NCBI GenBank assembly: GCA_048772705.1
Contig: JBLWGC010000230.1
Location: 372,001-436,000 of the forward strand
Direction of reading: 5' to 3'
DNA length: 64,000 nucleotides
Origin: Leidyana gryllorum EB-2025a
Lineage: Eukaryota > Protista > Apicomplexa
Shown here: positions 46,968 to 56,706 of the stretch, one piece after another
Numbering within the stretch: the stretch's first letter is position 1
Layout: each line of letters opens with the position of its first letter
Notes under the pieces: model-generated
The model's database searches: none
What the model saw: only the letters and a program-made list of their open reading frames with translations
Told to the model about the DNA's origin: nothing
Program-made: the position numbers and the translations under genes

Positions 46968-48692
46968 TTAGGGGAACAACTTTTTCCACTCTGTGTGCCG
47001 CCCTCGGCGTTTGTATAACATGTCTCTTCTGGCTCGACTGGGTTGAACATAGACCAAACTCGCTCCTCGTTGTTTGGCCATCCGCAGCGGTGCCCTCAAA
47101 TCAGCCATGCGACCCGACTCGATGTCCATCCAGTGGAGTACGTTAGTTTGGCCGACTTTGTTGAGCACTAAGCCACAGTTTTTGGGTGGAGATGGTGTGT
47201 GGGCTCGCAGACGAGTCCAGGGGCTTTTGGATTGTTTCAGGGCATTTTCCACCCGGAGAACGTCGAGAAGTATCGTCCACCCCAAGACTGGATCTTGGAA
47301 GAAGTACACCGGCTCATGGTGTCCCGGTTGAGCCCTCCAACACCACTTCCGCGGACACTTGTTGACTCTGATTGGTGCGCCCGAGTCGAACCTTGGGATA
47401 CTTTTCAACTGAGCCAACAGGCTCTTGTAAGTCATCAACATCGGGTTGGTATCCCATTCAGTGTTTCCGGGATCGTTTGCTTCCAAAGGGGTCACATATG
47501 AGGGCTTGTCGACGACTTTTCCAAACTTGGACACTCTTCGTCGCCCGTTCTCTTCAGGCGAGCCGGCGCCGGTCGTGTCCTCTGACGACTTGATCCTCTC
47601 TATGGCAGCAGTTGATGGCAGCGTCATGGACTGGAGATAGGCGTCTAATTCATCGTGAGTTGGAGGCCTGCCAACGTAGAACTCGCTCGCCAGTAACTCG
47701 CCGTACTCCTCGTCACTTAGCACTTTGTGATGATTGAGCATCTTGGGTTCGAGTTTCCATTTTTCGAGACGAGATGGCAATGCGTGGCCCTTGGGTAGGG
47801 TCTTGGTGAACTCCTTGAACACTCGCAAGTGATGTCTGTACATCTGCTCATGACCGCGCCGGTAGATCGAGCCGCAGAAACCGCTTTGGGCAATTTCTCC
47901 CCATGCCCCATTGCTCTTCTGTTCGAAAAGCACCATAACAGCCGCGTTCTCCGGACGATCTTTGTGAAATTTGAAGGAGTCCACTTCGACCACAAAACGG
48001 AAGGCCACTCGTGAGTCAGAAGGATCTTTGAGGGTGAATAAGACTGGACCCCCGTCGCGTCCATAATTATAGCTCATCGAGATAGTCAAAGGAGCCAAAT
48101 CCGCGCGGTCACGAGTCGCGTCAAGGAAAAAGGCCCCCATAGACAGGAGGGACATCTCAAATGGCCGGAATCTGTCCGCCGAGTCGTAGACACAATGAAT
48201 TTGTGGCCAGGGATCAACTGGCTCGCCTTGTGTTGAATAGTGGAGCCATCTGCCTGACAACTCATCGCCCACATAACCTTGCGGTGACAAGCCACCTTTT
48301 CGCACGAACCAACACATAGAATGAATGTCCCCAAGGGCACTCAAAATCTGGCGAGGTCCAGCGATGGTATGAGGGGAGTCGAGGAACTTCTCGGCCCGCG
48401 TTAGCCGGTCGCGCGCGAGCTGATCGAACCGTTGCTCATAGTTGGCGAGATCGAATTTGTCAGCGAAACCTTTCATTTGCTCCAAAGCTCTTCTTCTCTC
48501 ACTGAGCATTTCGTCCAAAGAGGTGGGTCGGCTCACACGTACTTCACCGGGACACAAACAAGGATCTCTGCCCCCAGTGAAGACAAGTCCCCAAGGCTTC
48601 AGTGACCCAAGAAGGCCCCAAAACAAAGGTTCAGTGGACTGGCGTTGGCTGTGCCGCGCGACAAGAGTGTTCCGATGCAATACGACGCTCAT
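46968..48692 (-). CDS. Orphan family A member 4
   Basis: Motifs WGLLGSL.P.G, GGPV, FVVEVDSFK, AVMVLFEQK..G.W.E, GHEQ.Y, LP.R...W..EPK, DP.LGWTILL, HWMD...G.MADL. Confidence 0.88.
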   Translation of the reverse strand: MSVVLHRNTLVARHSQRQSTEPLFWGLLGSLKPWGLVFTGGRDPCLCPGEVRVSRPTSLDEMLSERRRALEQMKGFADKFDLANYEQRFDQLARDRLTRAEKFLDSPHTIAGPRQILSALGDIHSMCWFVRKGGLSPQGYVGDELSGRWLHYSTQGEPVDPWPQIHCVYDSADRFRPFEMSLLSMGAFFLDATRDRADLAPLTISMSYNYGRDGGPVLFTLKDPSDSRVAFRFVVEVDSFKFHKDRPENAAVMVLFEQKSNGAWGEIAQSGFCGSIYRRGHEQMYRHHLRVFKEFTKTLPKGHALPSRLEKWKLEPKMLNHHKVLSDEEYGELLASEFYVGRPPTHDELDAYLQSMTLPSTAAIERIKSSEDTTGAGSPEENGRRRVSKFGKVVDKPSYVTPLEANDPGNTEWDTNPMLMTYKSLLAQLKSIPRFDSGAPIRVNKCPRKWCWRAQPGHHEPVYFFQDPVLGWTILLDVLRVENALKQSKSPWTRLRAHTPSPPKNCGLVLNKVGQTNVLHWMDIESGRMADLRAPLRMAKQRGASLVYVQPSRARRDMLYKRRGRHTEWKKLFP

Positions 48693-48964
48693 CTTGTTGA
48701 AGATTGACACCCCTCGTCGACATGGACGGGGCGCTTTTCGCAAAAACCCACAACAGAAATCCCGATTTCAGAGGGGGAAGCTATAAGTATATATTCATGT
48801 CCCGGTACCGTACCACCCGGACACTTGATGTCGGGTCAAGTGTGTGTATGCGCGTCTACGTGTCTGCCTGCAGCTCGAATTCCGCCTCTGATCCACAACA
48901 GGGGAGACGTATGTTTTAAATGATGCAAACATTTTAACAGTGACAGATAGGCGTGTATCTCGGG

Positions 48965-50620
48965 CTACCACCAAATCCACCGCCTAATCGCTTTCAGCAT
49001 ATCGGTGCACATATCTACGCGTCCTGCGGTTCGCTCCTCGGGGAACAGTTGTTGCCAACTCTTCCCGGGAGACTTGCATAACATCTTCGCTCTGGAGCGG
49101 CTGGGGTCGATGTAAACTAATTTTGCTCCGATCTCTCGAGCCTTCTGGAACGGGGCTCGCAGATCGGCCATCTCGTCGGTGGCCAGATCCATCCAGTGAA
49201 TTATGTCAATGCCGCGCATCTCACTCAACACGAGGCCGAGGGTTCGAGCCGAAGTCGGCTCCGCTGACGACTTGTCTTGTGCTTTGACCGCATCCAGAAG
49301 AATACACCACCCGAACATCGGGTCGTTGAACACAAACACCGGAGTCCTTCCGTAGACAGAGAGCTTCCAACACGAGGGGTGTCGGCATTTGGTTGTTTGG
49401 ACTGCGCTCAGATCCTCGAATCCGGGGAGTGTCTGCAATCGAGCCAACAGTTTCTTTTGGGTCATCAGCAGCGTATGCGACTGCAGCATCCGCCTGGTGC
49501 CCTTTCGCAGCAGCTCCAAAGGGGCCTTCAGCACCTCCTTCTCAGCCGACAAATCGAGCAACGGCCTATTCTCGTCAGTACTCGTTGCTGGAAACTCAGA
49601 TTCGATGTCAATCATTGTCTCCTGCCGACCCTCAGCCTCTTCTCCGACATAGAAACCTGTCGTCTGCAGCTCTTTGTAGGCGGCTTCACTGATGACGTCA
49701 GCGTCGAACAACAATTTGGGTTCGTGCTTCCACTGCTCAACCCGAGGCGGGAGCAACTTGCCTTCGGGAAGAGTCTTCCGGAACTCTTCGACCACCCGCA
49801 GGTTGTGTTGATAAATCTGCTCGTGGCCGCCAGTCAGGATGGGTCCGAACAACGCCGTCTCCTCCAACTCCTCCCATTCACCGTTCTCCTTCTGCTCGAA
49901 CAGCACCATAACGGCGAGGTTTTCGGGAATGTCACCGGCGTACCGCTTGAAAGTGTCAACGGCTACGACGAAGCGAGCGTCAGGGCCTATAATCTCCACT
50001 GGGCCCCCGTTCGGCTCAAAGTTATAAAACAGCCACAGGTTCGCCTTCGCCAAATCTGTTCGCTGATGAATTAATTCCAAGCCGAAACTGGCCATTCGCT
50101 GAAGACTGAACTCGAAGGGTCTCGGCTCCTTGTTTACTTCCCGGACAACTTGCGGAAGAGGGTGGACGGGACGACCGCCTGTGTAATAAGGCATCCGTCT
50201 CTTCGAGGTTGGGTCCTCTACGTAGCCAGTCGCTTTCTCTCCCTCAGAATGAACGGCATAATACAGCGGACGGTTGTCCCCCTGAGCCACCGTGTATGCC
50301 CCATTGAGGTCATAGGAGGATTGGAAGTAGTGTCCAGCGGCGTGGCATTCTCGAATTAATTGGCCCCCCCGCTTTTTGGCGAAGTTCGCGACACCCCGAT
50401 CGCCAAAGGCTGTCAGCAGACTGCAGGTAGCTCGCTTTTGCGAGTCGGTGTACTGATCTCGCTCAGCAACCACTTTGCCAGAACAAAGGGCAGCGTCTTT
50501 CTCGGGTGGGAACATCACACCCGAAGGCGTCAATGACCCAATTAAGCCCCACACCACCGGCTCTGTGTGTCTGTTGTGCCTCGTCTTGGCGCATGCGGCC
50601 CGACCTGACTCAATTCTCAT
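48965..50620 (-). CDS. Orphan family A member 5
   Basis: Same motifs as members 4 and 6, colinear. Confidence 0.88.
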   Translation of the reverse strand: MRIESGRAACAKTRHNRHTEPVVWGLIGSLTPSGVMFPPEKDAALCSGKVVAERDQYTDSQKRATCSLLTAFGDRGVANFAKKRGGQLIRECHAAGHYFQSSYDLNGAYTVAQGDNRPLYYAVHSEGEKATGYVEDPTSKRRMPYYTGGRPVHPLPQVVREVNKEPRPFEFSLQRMASFGLELIHQRTDLAKANLWLFYNFEPNGGPVEIIGPDARFVVAVDTFKRYAGDIPENLAVMVLFEQKENGEWEELEETALFGPILTGGHEQIYQHNLRVVEEFRKTLPEGKLLPPRVEQWKHEPKLLFDADVISEAAYKELQTTGFYVGEEAEGRQETMIDIESEFPATSTDENRPLLDLSAEKEVLKAPLELLRKGTRRMLQSHTLLMTQKKLLARLQTLPGFEDLSAVQTTKCRHPSCWKLSVYGRTPVFVFNDPMFGWCILLDAVKAQDKSSAEPTSARTLGLVLSEMRGIDIIHWMDLATDEMADLRAPFQKAREIGAKLVYIDPSRSRAKMLCKSPGKSWQQLFPEERTAGRVDMCTDMLKAIRRWIWW

Positions 50621-51140
50621 TCTTCAGTCAAGGTGTTAAACCCCGATCAAAGTACAAGTGGCCGTTTTTCCCCAAAAATCATCCAATATTTGCGGATTGT
50701 AGTGTGTGTGTTACTTGCTCCACCACCGACGCTGCCCGCAGATCACAATTAGACCATTTCTTACGAAACGTTGGATGGTGGCACGCACATTTGGGAAGAA
50801 TGATTGTCATTGTAGGATGCGGACTCATTAGTCATTTGATGATATCATCAGGTGGCGACAATATGTATGCGCAGCAAACTGGTAGCATATTTTTGGCCAA
50901 GGTGGCCCGTTTTCGGTTGTCCAAAGGACACACTGACAAATAATCTGCGACTTGCTCCCGCCCCGGAAAGCGTAAACGAAAATAGACGTACACACACACA
51001 CACGACACGTGTGACACACAATGCATCTTATCCGCGATTCCATTCTGGGGGACCCTCAACAGATGTGGGCTTGGGATTGGACCTGCTGTTGATGAGGGCT
51101 ACTACTTTTCACACCCGCTGGCACGCAGGCTTCTCGGGAA

Positions 51141-52805
51141 TCATGAACACTTGCAATACAGATGTCTCCAACGCTTGCCAGGCGATTTGTACAGGATGTT
51201 GGCGTTGCAACCGAAGGGGTCGCCATACAGCAGTTTGGCTCCCAGCGTTTGGGCTTTCCGAATCGGTACCTTCAGATCAGCCATGTCTCCGGTGGCCATG
51301 CTCATCCAATGAATGATGTCAATGTCGCCAACTCTGCTTAGCACCAAACCCATGTTTATTGCTGGAGTCACGGGTGGGGGTGCTGTCCTTCTTATCAGGG
51401 TAGCCTCCAGAAGGATTGTCCATCCGAGCAATGGATCATTGAACACGTATATCGGATGTCTGTTACTCACAGAAAGCTTCCAACACTCCTTTCGGGCGCA
51501 CTTGGTGACTTGGATGGCTTCCGGATCCACGTCGAAACCTGGGATGCCCTTCAGTCGAGTCAAAAGAGTTGGCTGGGACATTAGAACGAGATTGTTCCGC
51601 AAAGTGGTCGTGGTTCCGATAGGACTTATTCCCTCCACGGTCAGCCGCCCCCGCGTTCCGGCAGCAAATGCTGAGCGATCCTTGTCGCTGGAGGCGGACC
51701 CCACAGCTGAGCCTGCGTCTGAGCACCTATGCACAGTCTGATAGTCGGCCTCCTCAGCCGGAGGGAGGTGAGATTCCGCTGCTTTGAGGTCAGAATCCGC
51801 TGATTTCTCCGCCGCTGCTTTCTCCGGACCCAGATAGAACTCTTCGGAAAGTCTCTCGTATGCGGCGTTATCTATCACTCCGTTATCGAACAACATTTTG
51901 GGCTCTCTGTGCCACAGAGTGACCCGAGGCGGGAGATGTTTGTTGAGGGGAAGTGTCTTTTGGAACTTTGCGATCACTCGCAGGTGGTGGTTGTAGATCT
52001 GCTCGTGACCACCAGGTGCAATTCGAGCAAAGTGCCCACTCGCTGCAACTTCCTCCCATTCTCCGGTCTCCTTCTGCTCAAATAACACCAGCACGGCAAC
52101 ATCTCGGGGAGTGCCGGAGCTCTGGTCTTTGAAAGTGTCAACTTCCACAACAAAACTAACACCCGAGCCGATAATCTCAACCGGGCCTCCATGCTCATCA
52201 CAGAAGTTATACTTCATTTGCGATCTCTCCAGACCCTTCCTATCGCGGGTTGCATCCAGAAAGAAGAGGCCCATCGATTCAAGAGTACTCATGAAAGGTG
52301 TAGGAGAATTGCGACGGGTGATACCAACTTGAGAGAGAGGATCGACTGGGTCACCCTTGGCCTTGATGACGACTCGGCGCTCGGAGAGGTCATCTGCCAC
52401 ACAGCTACTCTTGCGCCCCTTTTTGTACATCTTGGCCCAACCTGCGGGACGATGATCTCCCTTTGCTTCTACCAGCCACTGATCCTGAACCCAAAAGTGG
52501 AAGCCTTTTCCTCCTGATTTATTGCGAGCGTTCAACACTCTCCTCTCTCGCTCCTGAAGCATGCTGGGGGTCCACGTTTGTGCAAAGACCTCCAGTTTCT
52601 GTGACGATCTGGCCTGCCGAAGTGGGAGCTGCTCGGGTGGGCATTCGCGGTCGTGAGTCACCGCACCAACACACTCGCAGTGCTCTTTGCCGGCTGGAAA
52701 TAAGAGGCCCCAAGGCTGCACTGATCCAATGAAGCTCCACCACATTGGAGTCGCGGACTCGCTTTCAATTTCCCCCCATTTGATCTGATGGAACCTGACA
52801 TTCAT
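51141..52805 (-). CDS. Orphan family A member 6
   Basis: Same motifs as members 4 and 5, colinear. Confidence 0.88.
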   Translation of the reverse strand: MNVRFHQIKWGEIESESATPMWWSFIGSVQPWGLLFPAGKEHCECVGAVTHDRECPPEQLPLRQARSSQKLEVFAQTWTPSMLQERERRVLNARNKSGGKGFHFWVQDQWLVEAKGDHRPAGWAKMYKKGRKSSCVADDLSERRVVIKAKGDPVDPLSQVGITRRNSPTPFMSTLESMGLFFLDATRDRKGLERSQMKYNFCDEHGGPVEIIGSGVSFVVEVDTFKDQSSGTPRDVAVLVLFEQKETGEWEEVAASGHFARIAPGGHEQIYNHHLRVIAKFQKTLPLNKHLPPRVTLWHREPKMLFDNGVIDNAAYERLSEEFYLGPEKAAAEKSADSDLKAAESHLPPAEEADYQTVHRCSDAGSAVGSASSDKDRSAFAAGTRGRLTVEGISPIGTTTTLRNNLVLMSQPTLLTRLKGIPGFDVDPEAIQVTKCARKECWKLSVSNRHPIYVFNDPLLGWTILLEATLIRRTAPPPVTPAINMGLVLSRVGDIDIIHWMSMATGDMADLKVPIRKAQTLGAKLLYGDPFGCNANILYKSPGKRWRHLYCKCS

Positions 52806-53474
52806 TTTGCAACTTCGAGCTTGTGGAAAAACGCGACCCGTCTTTTCACAAAAGACAGAACTATGGAACCAACACCTGCGTGACACCTCCCTCTACACAC
52901 GTCCATTAGTGGCCTATGGAGCGGTGCAGGTTTCCCACGGACTTGGCAGACTCTACACAGCACCACTGAGCAACAGACATAAGGCAGCGCCGTGCATAGC
53001 TCTCCGCATAGCTGCACAGTCCTCTGTCAGCCCTTAGATTTGCCTGGGTGAAGAGGCGCCCACTCAGTATCCAGCAGGCGCAGAAAGCCTGAGCCATCCC
53101 ACTAACACCGAGGCGACGTTGCTATCTTCCCGTCATGCAGGGATGGGGTGGTGGCCCAGGACAAAAACGCAATAATGTGCCTCAATTGTCTGACCGTCAG
53201 CAGATTAAGATGAGCTGTAGGGACTCTGTGGCCAAGTCCAGGCGTCCCGACAAAAATAACGATGCCCGCACATTGACACAGTCGGGAGGGCCAAGCAGGA
53301 AAAGATATCTCGACTCACGCTGAACACAGCATAAGAACATCCCACGAGACTCATTACAGTGCTGTTTAACGAGCGGCTCTCGAACGGACGTATAAGCGAT
53401 TGAGCTGCCTAACTACAGTGGGCGGGCGTTGACCTCACAACGGGGAAGAAGTGAAAGAGGTGGACATGTGTCTA

Positions 53475-55908
53475 TCAATTGTCATCGATAATGAAGTAGT
53501 TTCCAGACAACTTCTGTTCCTTGTCTTTGACAGACTCGGCCTTGTTGATTCGGGGGCGGTAGTTCGTAGGATCGCGACGGAAGGTAGTATCAATCATCTA
53601 GAAAGGAGACGTGGATTGGTAAACACACGAACACACGCCTGATCGACTCACCGAAAGGAACTTATTCATTCCGCTCACGAGGGATTGAGGGGAGTTGGCT
53701 CGGCAGTCAATTCTGAGGGGAAGAAAGCTTATCCAGAACGCGTTGGCGGCGGTAAACTCACCCTGGCGCACCTTCGTACACGATAACCTTATCAGCTAAG
53801 TAAGTAGCCATGATAAAATCATGTTCCACAATGAAGGCCGATTTCTTGGCGTGGAGGATGAACCTGATGGCGCTATGACCCAAGAATTCTGGCTGAACTC
53901 ACCTCTTGATGACGCGTGCAGCCTCAATACGCTGTTCGCAATCAAGGTACGCAGACGGCTCATCCAGTAGGTAAACATCGGCCGGCTTGCCCAGAGCGAG
54001 CACCAGAGCAATTCGCTGGAGCTCACCACCAGACAGGGTCTGGACTTGCCGATCTTTGATTTTCTCAATCATCATCGGCTTGACAACATCAGTGATGAAT
54101 TGCGGGTGCTGATAGGATTCCCTGATACGAGTAAGGAAGAGCTGTTCCACGGTGCCTTCGAATTTCGGAGAGATGGTTTGAGGTTTGTAGCTGACGGCCA
54201 ATTGCGGCAGCTTGGCCTCTCCATCGGCTGCCAGATAGCCGGCCAAGATCCGAATGAAGGTCGTTTTACCCGTGCCGTTCTGTCCGAGCAACACAACGAT
54301 CTCAGAATCGCTGAAAGCTCCCTCTTCAATTCGAAGCTTGAAAGTGCCCATTGTCTTTTCCATTGTAGGATATGATTGAGTAGCCTCGCGCTTAATTTCC
54401 TCATCCAAGTCTTGTGTGATTCTGAATGATATAGCTTCTTCCCGGATTCGCAAGTTCTCGGTTGGGATGAAACCTTCAAGGTACAGATTGATTCCTTCAT
54501 TGACAGAAAAAGGTGCTGTCACCACTCCATAGTGTGATGGAGATCCCCATAAACAACAAATAGTGTCGGACAGATAGTCAGAAACTGACAAATCATGTTC
54601 CACACAGATGACATAGTTGTCGTGCCTCAGTAGACTACGAATAGTCTTGGCAGCAACAATTCGCTGTTTGATATCCAAATAGGAACTTGGCTCATCGAAC
54701 ATAAGAACGTTTGCATCTTGAATGGCAGCGACGAGGATAGCGAAACGTTGAAGTTCGCCACCACTCAGGTCACTGATTTGCCGTTCCAGCAAATGGTCAA
54801 GCTCAAGGGTGTACAGTAAACGATCACTTAGTTCCTTCACTTCTTCTCCGCGCTGGTTGATAACCTCACCCACACTGCGCTTCGACTGGGCATTTGGTTT
54901 GAGGAACAAGCCAAATTTAACTGACGACTTACTCTCTTGGCAATTGTATCTACGTATTGTGGTTTGACAGCTGGTTTTAGAGCCCCCTCTAAGATCTTGG
55001 TGAAGTAGATTTGCAGCTCACTTCCTCGATAATGTTGTAGAATTTGTCGCCATTCGGGAGGATTCTCGAATTGACCTGGAATGGAAAAAGTGAATTTTGT
55101 AAGAGGTCCACATTCTCATTCAAGGTAGTCACGGAACCAAGCCAAGCCAAGTCTCTAACATCCCCAATCACCAGTACACGAACATATCGCGGATTTGGCG
55201 AACACTAGCCCTCTTTGTACCATCAGCCAGCCCTCTTTATCAGCGACGTCTACGAGGACAACCAGCCACCCAACCAACACATCAAAACATAGCCCATCAC
55301 TCCATATTCAGACGAATGAGTGGTACAGAGTACGTTAACACGCCCGTCGTCTCCGATAAGTCAAGCCGGAGATGCGAACGCACGTGTGTGTGGGAAGGAT
55401 AGTCACTTGTGATATACATCATTGCACCCATACGTGACGCAACCTCAGCAATTTGCACATTTCATTTTCACCGATACTCACCCAAATTCGGCTTTAACTT
55501 GCCACTGAGAATAGTCAGTGCCGTTGACTTCCCAATACCATTAGTACCTACAAGGCCGAGAACCTGGCCTAACCGAGGTACAGGCAGACGATGAAGTTTG
55601 AAACTATTGGGTCCAAAACGATGTGCCGTGTCTTTGCCCAAGTCCTTCGGTAGGTTGATGATGGCTATGGCCTCGAACGGGCACTTTTTGACGCAGATAC
55701 CACAGCCGATACATAAAGGCTCGCTTATGTATGCGATAGTACTCGAGGGTTCAACTTCGATACACATCTTGCCAGTACGGACGACTGGGCAGGACCGTTT
55801 GCATTCCTGACGACATTTCTTGGGCTTGCACTTGTCAGCATTGACGATAGCAATACGGAGCTTGCTGGCTTGCAGGCCTTCGTCTCCACCAGCTTTTTTC
55901 TTCCCCAT
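53475..55908 (-). CDS. ABCE1: ABCE1/RLI1 ribosome-recycling Fe-S ATPase
   Basis: [13 protein letters not shown] and [12 protein letters not shown] Fe-S motifs; [16 protein letters not shown] twice, [14 protein letters not shown]; several introns including 55076-55481. Confidence 0.97.
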
Positions 55909-56069
55909 TGTGCCCCCCACAAGAAGTAAAAATTTCCTAGCTTCAACACGCAAGTCCTGTAAAGTTCGTGGTGCAACCCGCCCGGCCTCCTCGCATTCTG
56001 TCCCACTAAGCACACACACCGTGTGAATGCAGGCCCCACAAGAGGTGAGTGGACGAAAGTGTGATTCCG

Positions 56070-56570
56070 ATGAGATTGTGTGGTCAGTCAGCCACCCAAT
56101 GCCGGGGAGGGTGCGGTTTCTATGGATCCGCAACAATGGACTTTTATTGTTCAGTGTGTCACCGACGTCGGTTGCAAGAGCAATCGGCTGCTACGAATGC
56201 ACCCTCAGCAGTTCCATTGGACTTGCGACAAGATAAAAACATAAATGAAGAGGGATCGCAGCAGTCATTACCCGAACGACAGGGTGAGGACCTTCAAGGT
56301 GGAGGGCCAGCAGAAAGCCTTGGACCCTGCTCAAAGGAAAAGGAAGAGGAAGTTACAACTGGTCGGGTTCAGAAGGATAAGTCGAGGTGTCTAATCTGCA
56401 ACAAGCGGTTAGGATTGTTAGGTTTCCAGTGCCGCTGCGGTCTGGTTTTCTGTCGACCGCATTTACATGCCGAAGCCCACGCTTGCGATTTCGACTATCA
56501 GTCAATGGCACGTGCCACATTGCACACCCGAAACCCCAAAGTGGTACCAGAGAAGCTGGACCGCTTCTGA
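56070..56570 (+). CDS. A20/AN1 zinc-finger protein (ZFAND5/SAP-like)
   Basis: C...CGFYGS...CSVC (A20); [20 protein letters not shown]...E.H.CDFDY (AN1). Confidence 0.93.
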   Translation: MRLCGQSATQCRGGCGFYGSATMDFYCSVCHRRRLQEQSAATNAPSAVPLDLRQDKNINEEGSQQSLPERQGEDLQGGGPAESLGPCSKEKEEEVTTGRVQKDKSRCLICNKRLGLLGFQCRCGLVFCRPHLHAEAHACDFDYQSMARATLHTRNPKVVPEKLDRF

Positions 56571-56706
56571 CAACTAGCAGAATCTTCAATTCAATAAAAA
56601 GCTCATTGTAAAAGACAGTCTCTCTTATAATCAACGGAGACAGGGTGTCTTTTTCGATCGTTCTCTTGTTTTTTTCCCCAACATCTCCACTTCGTCGTCT
56701 GCCGAG

